Positions 19,459 to 30,391 are shown, counted from the first letter of the stretch. The stretch: DNA of 64,000 nt from an uncultured delta proteobacterium (GCA_963823335.1 CAWGLD010000001.1:1184001-1248000); one strand, 5' to 3'. Numbers and translations: made by a program. The notes: a model not told the origin generated them from the sequence alone.

Positions 19459-20148
19459 CTATCCTCGGCCCCTTGAACCTTCAGTCACTTCCTGGAGTGT
19501 TCCTTTTGATATCACAAGTTTTCTCTTGGAGAAAGTTTCAATAAAATGTCGATACTCGGATAGAAACGCAAAACAAACGTTTTCACCCAGCATGTCGAAC
19601 AATATTGTGTTCAATGTCTCAAGATTGGCTATCCCTATATATTTTTCGGGATATTCCATGAGCAACATCTCTGGTGTTTTGGCGAATTCTCTGACCGTAA
19701 CGGCAAAACGGTAATCAAGACCTGTAAGGGCTTCCGGTCTTAAGTCGAGTTTGTCCTGGAGCGAAAACAGTCTGCAGAGCTCCTGTGTACGCAGATCCAG
19801 TTGCCTGGAAAAAGAATTCGTGAAGTAAGCATCCATGAGGAGCAAATTTTCCCGCACGGTTAGATTGCTTATCAGAGCAGAGTGGGACGTGATGAATCCG
19901 ATATTCTTTTTTGTATCAAGGAGGTTTCTGTAATTCGAAAAATCCAACATGTTTCCTTTGTATCGATAGTCACCGTGCAAAGGACGAATCAGCGTAGCCA
20001 ATGACATTAAAAAGTTGAGAGCGTCATCGGCGGAATCCGTCGAAATCGAAACCACATCACCCGGGGTCATGGAAAAATAAAAGGGCTGGAAGGGGCGGCC
20101 TGTTTTCTTGGAATCAAAAGAATATTCAGTAAGTTCGACGAGTTTCAT
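19459..20148 (-). CDS. MlaF-like ABC ATPase with degenerate catalytic motifs
   Basis: IGFI..LISNLTVRENLLL is ABC-like, but the Walker A, signature and Walker B regions are altered; lies between mlaE-like and mlaD-like genes. Confidence 0.8.
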   Translation of the reverse strand: MKLVELTEYSFDSKKTGRPFQPFYFSMTPGDVVSISTDSADDALNFLMSLATLIRPLHGDYRYKGNMLDFSNYRNLLDTKKNIGFITSHSALISNLTVRENLLLMDAYFTNSFSRQLDLRTQELCRLFSLQDKLDLRPEALTGLDYRFAVTVREFAKTPEMLLMEYPEKYIGIANLETLNTILFDMLGENVCFAFLSEYRHFIETFSKRKLVISKGTLQEVTEGSRGRG

Positions 20149-20150
20149 TT

Positions 20151-20927
20151 TTAAAGATAGAATAATGCGGATATGGTTGCACTGACGATCAGACAGGCTC
20201 CAAGGCACTGCACGGATGCTTTGGAAGCGGCTACGGGAATCTGGGTAATATGCTGTTTTGTCTTGAATCCATGATAAAGACAAATGACGGTAATGGCAAT
20301 GCCGAACAATATGGCCTTTATAATTCCGACGACAATATCAGCGGCGGATATGTTATTGGCGATCTGAAAAAAATTATCCCCAAGACTGGTATAGGTGACG
20401 AGCCAGACGACGCCATAACCACCCACGATGGCGGTAATGTCGAATACGATAAAAAGAGAGAGAATAGCTGATGTGATGCCCACCAGTCTTGGGACGCATA
20501 TGACCCAGAGTGGGTCGAGTCCCGACATTTCCAGGGCGTCCATTTCATTAAAGACATTCATGTAGCTGATTTCTACTGTAACCGCTGTTGCCGATCGGAG
20601 AATGATCAGGAGGGCCGTCAGGGTCGGCCCTAAATCTCGGATGAGAATCAGGGCGATAATATTCCCAAGCGTTGACTGCCCTGAAACTTTGGAAAACTGA
20701 AGGATAATCATACTGCCGATCAGTATCGCAAAGAGAAGGATAACCGGTAGTGTCTGAACGGCGGTGAAATAGACCTGCTCCAATGTAATGCGGCGGACCA
20801 GGAACATTCCCTTTTTTGGCGGAAAGACCATGGTGCGGAGAATGTGATAAGCAAAGGTAAGGAGTGTGGAAAAACGGTTGGACAAATGGATCGTTCGCCT
20901 GCCTATTGCACCGATGATGGTTTGCAT
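20151..20927 (-). CDS. MlaE-family ABC permease
   Basis: QVYFTAVQTLP, IRDLGPTLTALLIILRSATA, EMDALEMSGLDP. Confidence 0.9.
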   Translation of the reverse strand: MQTIIGAIGRRTIHLSNRFSTLLTFAYHILRTMVFPPKKGMFLVRRITLEQVYFTAVQTLPVILLFAILIGSMIILQFSKVSGQSTLGNIIALILIRDLGPTLTALLIILRSATAVTVEISYMNVFNEMDALEMSGLDPLWVICVPRLVGITSAILSLFIVFDITAIVGGYGVVWLVTYTSLGDNFFQIANNISAADIVVGIIKAILFGIAITVICLYHGFKTKQHITQIPVAASKASVQCLGACLIVSATISALFYL

Positions 20928-21016
20928 ACATGCCTTCAGGTTTACAGATCTTGATCTATGACTGCGTGAAGGTTCAGCCGTCAGCACTTTCCGCGAAGCG
21001 TTTATCCGCCAGACAG

Positions 21017-21094
21017 GTTGAACCGAAACAGCGAGCGCATTCCCCGTAGGTTCTGCCGTTCGGCGGTGCTTCGCATGCTGCGGGGCTCTTCAAT
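21017..21094 (-). repeat. repeat family A, reverse orientation
   Basis: Reverse complement ATTGAAGAGCCCCGCAGCATGCGAAGCACCGCCGAACGGCAGAACCTACGGGGAATGCGCTCGCTGTTTCGGTTCAAC. Confidence 0.8.
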
Positions 21095-21111
21095 CGGGGC
21101 CGGTCTTATTG

Positions 21112-21140
21112 TTGACACAAAAAATCTTACACTATATAGT
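21112..21140 (+). promoter_or_regulatory. sigma70-type promoter (overlaps a possible divergent one)
   Basis: TTGACA-N17-TATAGT; minus strand TTGACC-N18-TAAGAT overlaps it. Confidence 0.6.
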
Positions 21141-21423
21141 CTAAAAAGGTCAACAAAATTAAGTGAATATGTTCTGTGGGATTGCCCAATTGATTCTTCC
21201 CGAAGAGATCAAGCGGATTGAATCCATCAAAACAGAATCCAGCGGGGAGGAGATCTTATCTGGAAGCGATTCTGTTTCCCCTCCCGTAACGGCAGCGGAG
21301 AGATATACAGGGTGTGGTGGCGGATGGCTGTGGCAACCCGGGCGCTTCCAGCGGTGGGTGCCGCTGATCGTAGACGAACAGATATATCGTGCTGTCATTG
21401 TACTTGACTGAACCGGAGGGGAC

Positions 21424-21870
21424 ATGCTTTCTAGTAACTCAATTGTCAATTTCGTGTTTTCGTGTTTTCGTATTTTCGTGATAAAAGATCTTTTGTTTTC
21501 TGTCCGGGTCAGAAGCCTGCTGCCTGTCCTGCCCGTTGTCTGCCTGTTGTTCCTGGTGTCATGCGGACCGGAAACCATTATGCTGAGACCCGGCTTGGAT
21601 ACGCCGTTTCAACATGTTGATAATGGATATAAATTGATGACATATGACAAAACCGACGCTGCCATCAGAGAATTTAATCGAGCGATGGAGCTCGACGCCG
21701 GGTATGCCCCCGCCTATGTAGGGCTTGGAATCGTATATGGAATGAAGGGGGATCTGGGTCAGGGAAGAGCCCTGATGGAGAAAGCAAAAACCTTGGCAAG
21801 AAATGACGAACAGAAAAAGGAAGTTGAGATGGGGTTCGAGCGACTGGATTATATGGAGAAGGGGAACTGA
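21424..21870 (+). CDS. TPR-repeat lipoprotein (start uncertain)
   Basis: Lipobox LVSC; TPR-like AIREFNRAMELDAGYAPAYVGLG. Confidence 0.75.
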   Translation: MLSSNSIVNFVFSCFRIFVIKDLLFSVRVRSLLPVLPVVCLLFLVSCGPETIMLRPGLDTPFQHVDNGYKLMTYDKTDAAIREFNRAMELDAGYAPAYVGLGIVYGMKGDLGQGRALMEKAKTLARNDEQKKEVEMGFERLDYMEKGN

Positions 21871-21953
21871 GGGTCCGAGGGTGGCTGAAAGCGATCAGAA
21901 AAAAGTATCTGCCAGGCTACTGCCCAAACCCTAAAAAAGTTATCGAGCGTTAT

Positions 21954-22000
21954 AAAAAAAGCCCTCAGCTATGAGCAACAATCAACTTATAGCTGAGGGC
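21954..22000 (-). terminator. intrinsic terminator after ahcY
   Basis: GCCCTCAGCTAT...ATAGCTGAGGGC stem with adjacent A7 (U tract on minus strand). Confidence 0.7.
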
Positions 22001-22057
22001 GAATAGCTTACCCTCGAACCCTTGTATCACCCTCCAACCCCTGAATCCTTTTTTTTC

Positions 22058-23320
22058 CTATGTCCCGATATTCCATGAAGAAAGGTATTGTTTCTGTTCA
22101 CGAGTGAGCCGGTCAATCTTGATGCCCATGGAAACCAGTTTTTCTTTTGCTATGGCGGCGTCTATTTTTTCCGGAACCGGGTGCACATCCAAGGCCAGCG
22201 AATCTGCCAGCTTGACCATATGTTCGATACAGAGGGCCTGATTTGCGAAACTCATATCCATAACACTTGACGGATGACCTTCTGCGGCAGCCAGGTTGAT
22301 GAGTCTGCCGTCCCCCAACACATTGATGCGTTTCCCGTCCGCCATCACGTACTCTTCCACAAACGGCCGGATCATCCTTCTGCTTTTGGCCAGTTCGGCC
22401 AGAGACGCGAGGTCCAGTTCGACGTTGAAGTGACCGGAATTGGCCACCATGGCACCATCTTTCATGAGGGAGAAATGTTCTTTACGGATAACATTGATGT
22501 TACCGGTTACGGTACAGAAAAAGTCCCCTACCCTGGCGGCTTTATTCATAGGCATGACGGAGAAACCGTCCATGACCGCTTCCAGTGCTGTCAAGGCATC
22601 GACCTCTGTAACGATGACGTTTCCACCCATTCCTCTGGCCCTCATGGCTAGACCGCGACCACACCAGCCATACCCGCAGACAACAAATATCGATCCAGCT
22701 ATCAAGCGGTTCGTGGCGCGAATAATTCCATCTATGGTACTCTGGCCGGTGCCGTAGCGGTTGTCAAAGAAGTGCTTTGTCTTGGCGTCGTTGACGGCAA
22801 TGATGGGGTACTTCAACACGTGGTCCGCCGCCATGCTCTTGAGCCGGATGACACCGGTTGTGGTCTCTTCCGTGCCTCCCTGAACCAGGTCGATGAGTTC
22901 GGATCGTTCTGAGTGCAGGATGGAGACCAGATCGGCACCATCATCCATAGTATACTGAGGCTTTGTGTCTATAACGGCGTTGATGTGACTGTAATAGGTC
23001 TTGTTGTTTTCACCTTTGATGGCAAAAACGGCAATTTTGTCGGTTTTTACCAGGGAGGCGGCCACGTCATCCTGGGTGCTCAGAGGGTTGGAAGCGCAGA
23101 GGGAAACCTGTGCGCCGCCGGCTTTGAGGGTCTGCATCAAAGAGGCTGTTTCCGTTGTTACGTGAAGACAGGCGCCGATACGTTTTCCCTTCAATGGTTT
23201 TTCTTTTTCAAATCGTGCTTTGATACGATTCAGCACCGGCATGTTTTGATTGGCCCACTCGATGCGCAACTGGCCTCCCTGGGCGAGTTTCAGGTCCTTT
23301 ACATCATGATTCATATTCAT
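22058..23320 (-). CDS. ahcY: S-adenosylhomocysteine hydrolase
   Basis: [47 protein letters not shown]. Confidence 0.97.
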   Translation of the reverse strand: MNMNHDVKDLKLAQGGQLRIEWANQNMPVLNRIKARFEKEKPLKGKRIGACLHVTTETASLMQTLKAGGAQVSLCASNPLSTQDDVAASLVKTDKIAVFAIKGENNKTYYSHINAVIDTKPQYTMDDGADLVSILHSERSELIDLVQGGTEETTTGVIRLKSMAADHVLKYPIIAVNDAKTKHFFDNRYGTGQSTIDGIIRATNRLIAGSIFVVCGYGWCGRGLAMRARGMGGNVIVTEVDALTALEAVMDGFSVMPMNKAARVGDFFCTVTGNINVIRKEHFSLMKDGAMVANSGHFNVELDLASLAELAKSRRMIRPFVEEYVMADGKRINVLGDGRLINLAAAEGHPSSVMDMSFANQALCIEHMVKLADSLALDVHPVPEKIDAAIAKEKLVSMGIKIDRLTREQKQYLSSWNIGT

Positions 23321-23394
23321 TTTTCTCCTGTTGATTGCTTTCATACTTTTTTATAGGGATCCGCAGAAAAAGAATGCGGTGGAAGTATCTCAGG

Positions 23395-24564
23395 TTATAA
23401 GCCAGCTTTTTTTCTTATCTCTTCTACTTTATTGGTCTTCTCCCATGAAAATTCGGGTTCGGATCGACCAAAGTGACCATATGCGGCTGTTTTACGATAG
23501 ATGGGCCGCAACAGATCGAGGTATTCGATAATAGCGGCAGGGCGCAGATCAAAGACATCATTTACGATATCTTCCACCTGTTGCTTTGGAATCACGCCGG
23601 TTCCCATGAGATCAACCATGATGGAGACCGGCTCGGCAACACCGATGGCATAGGCGATTTGAATTTCACATTTTTTAGACAGTCCGGCAGCAACGATATT
23701 TTTGGCAATATGCCGGCCCATGTAGGAAGCGCTCCGGTCTACTTTAGAGGGGTCCTTGCCGGAAAAGCATCCGCCCCCATGACTCCCCTGGCCGCCATAG
23801 GTGTCGACGATAATTTTTCTTCCGGTGACACCGCAGTCACCCATGGGGCCGCCCACCACAAATTTGCCTGTCGGGTTGATAAAATAACGGGTATCGCCAT
23901 CCCGCAAGTCTGCTGGTATGGTCTTTTTGATGACCTCTTCGATAACGGCTTCCCTGAGGTCTTCATAGGACACATCCGGTTTATGCTGGGTAGACACCAC
24001 CACGGTATCCACTCGCCGGGGCACTCCGTTGTCATATTCGATGGTGACCTGGGACTTGCCGTCCGGTCTCAGAAAATCGAGGGCGCCGCTCTTGCGGATC
24101 CGGGCAAGACGTTTGCACAGGTTATGTGCGAATATGATCGGCATAGGCATGAGTTCAGGTGTTTCATCGGTGGCAAAACCGAACATCAGACCCTGGTCGC
24201 CGGCTCCCTGTTCCTTGTAAAGCCCCTCACCGATGTTGATACCCTGGGCGATATCAGGGGACTGCCTGCCAATACTGGTAATGACGGAACAGGTCTGATA
24301 ATCAAACCCCATCATGGAAGAGCTGTAACCGATGTCACGGATGGTATCACGGACAATTTGGGGCATATCCACATAACATTGGGTGGTGATTTCGCCGGCA
24401 ATAAAGGCAAGACCGGTGGTTACGAGTGTTTCACATGCAACTCGGCAGTTTTTGTCTTCCGCGATAATTGCATCCAAAATCGCGTCAGAAATCGCGTCGG
24501 CCACCTTGTCCGGGTGTCCTTCCGTTACCGACTCGGATGTAAAATAGAATTTTTCTTTTTGCAT
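23395..24564 (-). CDS. metK: S-adenosylmethionine synthetase
   Basis: [42 protein letters not shown]. Confidence 0.98.
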   Translation of the reverse strand: MQKEKFYFTSESVTEGHPDKVADAISDAILDAIIAEDKNCRVACETLVTTGLAFIAGEITTQCYVDMPQIVRDTIRDIGYSSSMMGFDYQTCSVITSIGRQSPDIAQGINIGEGLYKEQGAGDQGLMFGFATDETPELMPMPIIFAHNLCKRLARIRKSGALDFLRPDGKSQVTIEYDNGVPRRVDTVVVSTQHKPDVSYEDLREAVIEEVIKKTIPADLRDGDTRYFINPTGKFVVGGPMGDCGVTGRKIIVDTYGGQGSHGGGCFSGKDPSKVDRSASYMGRHIAKNIVAAGLSKKCEIQIAYAIGVAEPVSIMVDLMGTGVIPKQQVEDIVNDVFDLRPAAIIEYLDLLRPIYRKTAAYGHFGRSEPEFSWEKTNKVEEIRKKAGL

Positions 24565-24637
24565 GGATCGTCTCCTCTGAATTGGAATCGCCATTTGTTT
24601 GGCAGGCCCGACAGCAACATTCAAGCCCAAACCACAA

Positions 24638-24666
24638 ATAATATGCCTATGGGTTAGAAATGTCAA
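24638..24666 (-). promoter_or_regulatory. sigma70-type promoter of metK-ahcY
   Basis: Minus strand TTGACA-N17-TATTAT. Confidence 0.65.
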
Positions 24667-24754
24667 TATCTGCAGGTGGTGTTGTTACATCGATGAAAAT
24701 ATCGAAGCGAGATATGACATACGTCTATTCATATGGGGAAGTTATCTCTGCTGT

Positions 24755-25366
24755 TCAGACGCCGATCATTTGGCAAACTAGTTTTTCCGCCATGTTTAAA
24801 TCTATTCGATTCATGTTGAGAACCAAATGATAGAGACCTGGGTTGTCATAATCTTTTTTGTGTAATTTCCGATATAAACTCAAGCGGCGTTTATCCTCAT
24901 TGGTAACGACCTGGTTCGCCTTTTTTGGTGAAAATTGGTAGCGGTCGACCAGAAATTGCACGCGATTTTCAAATTCATCCACCAGGAGAATGTGGAAGGC
25001 ATCTGGATGGTCGTTCAAGATATACTGACTGCCGCGGCCGATAATGACCACATTGTTTTCATCGGCCATCTTGGCGATAATCAGGACAAGGTAGTCGAGA
25101 TATATCTGTTCGTCCAGATAGCCTCGTTCATCTTTAAGGACACGATCGATCCATTTCTGGGAAACCATGGAAGAGATGACGCGCGACAACTTGGTACCGG
25201 CTTCCTTTTCAAACGCTTCGACCCATTGGGGGGAAACATTCGCTTCTCTGGCAATTTCCTGGATGATTTCTGTATCCGCAAACGTATATCCGAGTTTGTC
25301 TGCAATCATTTTTCCGAGGGTTATACCCCCGGCACCGAATTGTCTCGATATGGTGAGAACCGCCAT
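24755..25366 (-). CDS. cytidylate kinase-like family protein
   Basis: LTISRQFGAGG, VVIIGRG, YHLVLN. Confidence 0.85.
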   Translation of the reverse strand: MAVLTISRQFGAGGITLGKMIADKLGYTFADTEIIQEIAREANVSPQWVEAFEKEAGTKLSRVISSMVSQKWIDRVLKDERGYLDEQIYLDYLVLIIAKMADENNVVIIGRGSQYILNDHPDAFHILLVDEFENRVQFLVDRYQFSPKKANQVVTNEDKRRLSLYRKLHKKDYDNPGLYHLVLNMNRIDLNMAEKLVCQMIGV

Positions 25367-25388
25367 CTATATTACCTCCAAAGGCTGA

Positions 25389-26264
25389 TTATGTTACGGG
25401 TGGTATCAGTAGTGTGGGTATGTCCGTTTTTTCCGCCAGGTACCGGGGGGTGCTCCCGACCAGTTTTTCTTTTAAAGACGGGTTTGAGGACGTGCCGGCA
25501 ATGACCATGGTGGCATTGAACTCTTTGGCCGCCATAACAATTTCCTTAGCCGGATTTCCAACATACACGGCAGGCGATGCGTCTATCCCTTCTGCGATAA
25601 GCAGATCGCATAGTTTATCGAGTTTCCTGCGAATTTTTTTTCTGGTTTTCTGGACTCCCATGGCCGATGGCTCTTTCAAGCTTTTTGGATCCCCCACGTG
25701 GACAATGGTTGCTTTTTTAATGACCGGGGCCAAGGGTTTCAAATAATCGATTACTTTTTGGTTTGTTTTGGAGAAACAGGTGGCAAGGAGGGGTCGTTCA
25801 AATGGCTTTTCTACGGACAGGGTATTGTCGGGTTTGTACTTGTAAACCAGCACCGGTGTTTGAGATCGACGGATGATTCCCAGAATATCCGAAGAGGAAT
25901 AGAGCTGTTCGATACGACCTTTTTTCTTATAACCGACGACGATGAGATCGATATCTTCTTTCTCAGCGGCGGTGATAACCTGTTTTACCAGGCTCCCTAC
26001 AACAATATATGCCCCGACCTCGAGTCCTCTTTCAAACAGGGTTTCGGCCCAGTTGATAAAGCGGATATTGGCCATTTCTTTCAGGCGGACTTCTTCGACT
26101 TTCTGGTACCCTTTTCCTCTTCTCAGGGCGACTTTTTCCCGTTCAATGACATTGAGAAAAACGACATGATCGAAAGAGATTTTTCTTAAATCCATCAGAG
26201 ATTCAACTGCATCAAACCAAAGCTCTTCAAATTTGGTAACAAATAAAATTTTCCGGATATCCAT
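25389..26264 (-). CDS. tandem-domain universal stress protein
   Basis: RKILFVTKF, DLIVVG, LVGSTPRYLAE..IPTLLIP. Confidence 0.88.
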   Translation of the reverse strand: MDIRKILFVTKFEELWFDAVESLMDLRKISFDHVVFLNVIEREKVALRRGKGYQKVEEVRLKEMANIRFINWAETLFERGLEVGAYIVVGSLVKQVITAAEKEDIDLIVVGYKKKGRIEQLYSSSDILGIIRRSQTPVLVYKYKPDNTLSVEKPFERPLLATCFSKTNQKVIDYLKPLAPVIKKATIVHVGDPKSLKEPSAMGVQKTRKKIRRKLDKLCDLLIAEGIDASPAVYVGNPAKEIVMAAKEFNATMVIAGTSSNPSLKEKLVGSTPRYLAEKTDIPTLLIPPVT

Positions 26265-26358
26265 AATGATGGTTCCTTCTTTACCCCCGTGCGTAGCGAG
26301 GTTCAGTCAAAAAGGTGCTTTTGCAACTTGGCGAAACAAAGTGTTTTGGCAGATCGCT

Positions 26359-26751
26359 TTATCCGATAAACTTGTTGATCGCTGCTGAAAGTTCCTCGGG
26401 TTCAACCGGTTTTTCAAGGTAGATTTCGGGTTCCGGCACACTCTCACCGCCAAACTCGGTCAAGGCTTTTTGTGAACGCAGGAATGTTTTTTTTGCAATA
26501 CCGGAAAGAAGAATAACGGGAATATGTTTCAGGGACTTGTCGGTTTTCAAATCTCTGAATAGCCTGATACCGCTCTGTCTCGGCATGAGCACATCCAGAA
26601 TGACAAGGTCCGGTTTCTCTTCTTTCAGCAATTTGAGTCCTTCTTCGCCATTGCTTGCTTCAATGGGTGTAAAACCATTTTCCTCCACCACGGTAACATT
26701 GAACAATCTCACATCAGGGTCGTCATCTACGACAAGTACTTTTTTGCTCAT
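26359..26751 (-). CDS. single-domain response regulator
   Basis: VLVVDDD, PDLVILDVLMP, YLEKP. Confidence 0.93.
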   Translation of the reverse strand: MSKKVLVVDDDPDVRLFNVTVVEENGFTPIEASNGEEGLKLLKEEKPDLVILDVLMPRQSGIRLFRDLKTDKSLKHIPVILLSGIAKKTFLRSQKALTEFGGESVPEPEIYLEKPVEPEELSAAINKFIG

Positions 26752-26910
26752 GGTAAGGCCTCCCAGTGCCTGAATAAATAGTCTGTCACGACAGTCTGTA
26801 TCACCGATCGGTGATACAATTATCGAGTTGCCAAATTTTATTGATTCTTCTCCACTTTGGCTGGAGAAGAGGATTGAAGAATCTATTTTAGAGTGTATTT
26901 TTCATTATGC

Positions 26911-29900
26911 TTAATCTTCTTTCGGTTTAAAGGCCAACTTCATGATAAACGTCGTACCCTGGTTTAAATTGGAAATAACGTCGATACTTCCATGGTGCTC
27001 TTCAATCAGCTTGCGGGTTACGAGCAACCCCAGTCCGGTACCCTTGGCGCCTTTTGTGCTGAAAAAAGAAGAAAAAAGTTTTGTCTTGACACTGTCGGAC
27101 ATTCCGGAACCGTTGTCCGAGACTTCAAAGCGGATAATTGTTTCCCTTTCGAGAGCGGTCAGGACGCGGACTTCATGTTTTTTATCGACATTGTCGTCGA
27201 AGGTACACGCATCAATGGCGTTGGACACCAGATTTAGCAAGCACTGGTGGACCGTGTTCGGATCCATCCTGACTTCGCCGATGGCGGTCGAGAAATCTTT
27301 GACGATGTGAACACCATGGGTGCTTGCCATTTCCGTTACGAGCTCACAGACGTCATCGGCAATATCGTTAGGGAAGCAATTCTGGTATTCGGGCTCTCTT
27401 TCTTTTGAATAGGACAGAAGATCCATGACAAGATCGGATGTTTGATCGATGTTGCGCTTGATCATCTGCCAGCCATTAATTAGCTTGTCGGTGTTGTTTT
27501 TGTCAATGCCGAGATCTACCAGATAGCGGCCACCTTTAAAACCGGCAAGGATATTTTTTATGCCATGGGCCATGCCTGCTACGGTCTGGCCTATTGCGCC
27601 AAGGCGCTCGGAGTTGATCAGCTCACGCTCGAGTTTTTTGATCTCTGTCAGGTCCTGAAAAAACGCCACACCGCCCATCATCTGATTTTTTTCAAACAGC
27701 GGCATTCCAGAATAGTTGACGGGTATCTGCCGGCCATTTTTGGATTGGATCGTCGCTTCTTTCCACAATGTGAGGGGACGCAGCTCGGGGATGTTTATTT
27801 TTTCTTCGATGGACTGAATGACCTCACCAGGGAGGATGTCTTTTGCGTTAAGGTCTTTGGGGAGCTTGGGCCGGGTGTGTCCGAAAAGCCGTTCCGCTTC
27901 GGGATTGAAAAGAACGATATTCCAGTCTGCGTCGGTTGCCACAATGGCATTGTTAGAGCAACTGATGAGCTTGGACTGAAAATGGGCTTTTCGGCGGATT
28001 TCCTCCTGTAGTATGGAATTTTCAATGGCAACACCCATCCGGTTGCCGATAAGCTCCAGTACTTGGCGGTCTTCAGTGGTGAACTGTTTGAGCTGTCTGC
28101 TACTTGCCCGGATAACACCAAATGTCTTTTTTCCCTTATCCACAAGCGGGATATAGGCCAGGGATTGAAAGCCGACTTTTTTTAGTACGACGATTTCGCT
28201 GTTTTCGCTGCTTTTGATGTCTTCGAAAAGTTTGGCTTGATTGGTTTGGGCTACCTCGAACACCATGCTCTTGTTGTCAGGAAGACCATATTTTTTACAA
28301 AGGTCGCGATACTGGCCATGGCTGTATTTGAGACAGAATCTGCCATCCTCTCCAAGGATAAAAACGCAAATGACATCAAACAAAAATATATCGATAACTT
28401 TCTGTAATGCGTTGTTGATCCTTCCATCCAAATCCAGAGGTGCACTTAGTGTTGAATAGATGGCGCAGAGCGTTGCCAGTTCTCTGTTGCGTCTTTCCCG
28501 TTCTTCCTCGGCCCGTTTTTCATCGGTTCGATCCCAGATGGTTTCGATGGCACCGATCACGGTACCATCCGGATCTGTTATGGGGGCAGCGGTGAAAAGA
28601 ATCCATTTTTTCTCTTCTTCCGAACGGCCAAAATATTCTTCAGCTTCATATGCGCCGTCTATCAACTCCGATTTTTTCCACTGTGTGCCATAATAGCGCC
28701 AGAATTCTTCTTCACCGGCCTTGTCTAAAATAAGATCAGCCATGGTAGGTCTTTTTTCATCCCATGAAGGTTTCCAGTGCTGGTCTGTGCCGATGATTTG
28801 ATCCGCGGCATAGCCAGTCAGTTTTTCACAGGCTTTATTCCAGTGTGTCACGATATGATTTTTGTCTATCACAAAGGTGGGTATGGTGCTCCCCTGGATG
28901 ATCTGAGTCATGGTTTTTTCGCTGGCTTTGAGTGCTTTTGCCTTTTGGGCCAGTTCAACGTTCTGCTTTTCACGTTCTGTCTGAGCCTTTTTCTCTGCGG
29001 TTTTGTCCCAGATGGTTTCGATGGCGCCGATAATTTTGCCTTCCGGCGATCGGATGGGAGCAGCCGTGAAAAAGCACCATTTGCCCCCAGTTCCCAAATT
29101 GGGAAAAAAGACTTCAGCCTCATAAGCCTCATTCAGAAGGGCGGATTTGTGCCATTTTGTCCCATAAAGGCGTTTGATTTCCAGTTCACTGGTCTGATCT
29201 AATATGACGTCAGCCATGGACGGGCGCTTTTGATCGTAAAAGGATTTCCATTGATCCTTGGTGCCCACCATTTCCCGGGAGGGCAGTCCTGTGAGATTTT
29301 CCAGAGCCCTGTTCCAGTGCGTGATAACATGATTGATGTCGATGACAAACGTGGGGATGGTGCTGCCCTGGATGATTTGGGACATGATCTGCTGGCTTGC
29401 GGTTATGGCCCGGGTTTTTTCTGTCAGGGCGATATTGTGCTGCTTCCGCTCTTCATGGGACAATTTTTCTTCTGTTTTGTCCTGGAGTGTCTCGATGGCG
29501 CCGATGGTGATGCCTTGGGCGTTTTTTATGGGTGCAGCCGTAAAAAAAAGCCACTTGCCGTTGTCGCCGAGATGGTCGAAATACTCTTCGGCTTCATACG
29601 CCCCATTGATGAGATCCGATTTCTTCCACTTTGTCCCATAGTAGCGCCAGACCTCTTCCTCCTTTACACCGTCCAAGATCAGATCGGCCATGATGGGCCG
29701 TTCTTTTGATCTGAAAGGTTTCCAGTGGTTGCGGGTACCAACGATCTGTTTGGCGGAATAACCTGTCAGTTTCTCACAGGCCCTGTTCCAGTGGGTAACG
29801 ACATGATTTTTATTGATAAGGAATGTGGCGATGGTGCTGCCCTGAATAGCTTGAAATAAGGCTTTTTCACCGGTCACCATCTCTTTTCGGTTTGTCTGTG

Positions 29901-30372
29901 CGTAGACGTCCTGTTCTGTGGTCAGGTGTATGATGGATTGATAAAACTCCTCAAAGAGAGCCTCAATCTTCGCACCATCGTTTCGAGTTTCGCGGAGTCT
30001 TTTCAACAGCTCAGTTTTTTTTGTCTTTATTGACAATTGCTGCAGAATAAAACGTGCCTCGAAAAAATCGACAAACGCAACCCCGGGAGGTTTGTTTAAT
30101 AGGATATCTTCCCCCAGGTTGATGTCCTTGGTCAGTTCGATAATTAGATCCAGGTTTTCAAGAGTGAAAAGCTCTTTATAATCTGTGGTGGTAAAAATTC
30201 CCATTTCTCGAGCATAGACCAGACCGGCAGCTTCCAGGTTCAGATCGGCCACCCCGAGGACATTGGGCTTTCCGGCATCGAAAGCCTCGCTGAAAATGGA
30301 TTTGAGAAGTGCCAGGCAGAATCGGCCGCCTCCGACGATGACAATATTCGCTTTTTCTAATCGTTCTATCAT
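26911..30372 (-). CDS. soluble multi-PAS/GAF histidine kinase with an N-terminal Rossmann-like domain
   Basis: IVIVGGG N-terminus, three repeated PAS/PAC units, GAF, PAS, AHGIKN H-box, NLVSNAIDA, DNGSG, GTGLGL. Confidence 0.92.
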   Translation of the reverse strand: MIERLEKANIVIVGGGRFCLALLKSIFSEAFDAGKPNVLGVADLNLEAAGLVYAREMGIFTTTDYKELFTLENLDLIIELTKDINLGEDILLNKPPGVAFVDFFEARFILQQLSIKTKKTELLKRLRETRNDGAKIEALFEEFYQSIIHLTTEQDVYAQTNRKEMVTGEKALFQAIQGSTIATFLINKNHVVTHWNRACEKLTGYSAKQIVGTRNHWKPFRSKERPIMADLILDGVKEEEVWRYYGTKWKKSDLINGAYEAEEYFDHLGDNGKWLFFTAAPIKNAQGITIGAIETLQDKTEEKLSHEERKQHNIALTEKTRAITASQQIMSQIIQGSTIPTFVIDINHVITHWNRALENLTGLPSREMVGTKDQWKSFYDQKRPSMADVILDQTSELEIKRLYGTKWHKSALLNEAYEAEVFFPNLGTGGKWCFFTAAPIRSPEGKIIGAIETIWDKTAEKKAQTEREKQNVELAQKAKALKASEKTMTQIIQGSTIPTFVIDKNHIVTHWNKACEKLTGYAADQIIGTDQHWKPSWDEKRPTMADLILDKAGEEEFWRYYGTQWKKSELIDGAYEAEEYFGRSEEEKKWILFTAAPITDPDGTVIGAIETIWDRTDEKRAEEERERRNRELATLCAIYSTLSAPLDLDGRINNALQKVIDIFLFDVICVFILGEDGRFCLKYSHGQYRDLCKKYGLPDNKSMVFEVAQTNQAKLFEDIKSSENSEIVVLKKVGFQSLAYIPLVDKGKKTFGVIRASSRQLKQFTTEDRQVLELIGNRMGVAIENSILQEEIRRKAHFQSKLISCSNNAIVATDADWNIVLFNPEAERLFGHTRPKLPKDLNAKDILPGEVIQSIEEKINIPELRPLTLWKEATIQSKNGRQIPVNYSGMPLFEKNQMMGGVAFFQDLTEIKKLERELINSERLGAIGQTVAGMAHGIKNILAGFKGGRYLVDLGIDKNNTDKLINGWQMIKRNIDQTSDLVMDLLSYSKEREPEYQNCFPNDIADDVCELVTEMASTHGVHIVKDFSTAIGEVRMDPNTVHQCLLNLVSNAIDACTFDDNVDKKHEVRVLTALERETIIRFEVSDNGSGMSDSVKTKLFSSFFSTKGAKGTGLGLLVTRKLIEEHHGSIDVISNLNQGTTFIMKLAFKPKED

Positions 30373-30391
30373 AAAATGCTATCCAGCCTTA

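Noticed and set aside
21163-21411. 82-aa ORF or structured leader downstream of the 21112 promoter
   Set aside because: No RBS, motif or recognisable RNA fold; cannot be supported
23473-24657. Long antisense ORFs (394 aa here, 347 aa at 33890..34933, and others)
   Set aside because: Shadows of well-conserved genes on the opposite strand with no recognisable motifs
24565-24754. SAM riboswitch or SahR operator upstream of metK
   Set aside because: No S-box core; ATATC-N7-GATAT near 24699 is too short to call and lies upstream of the predicted promoter
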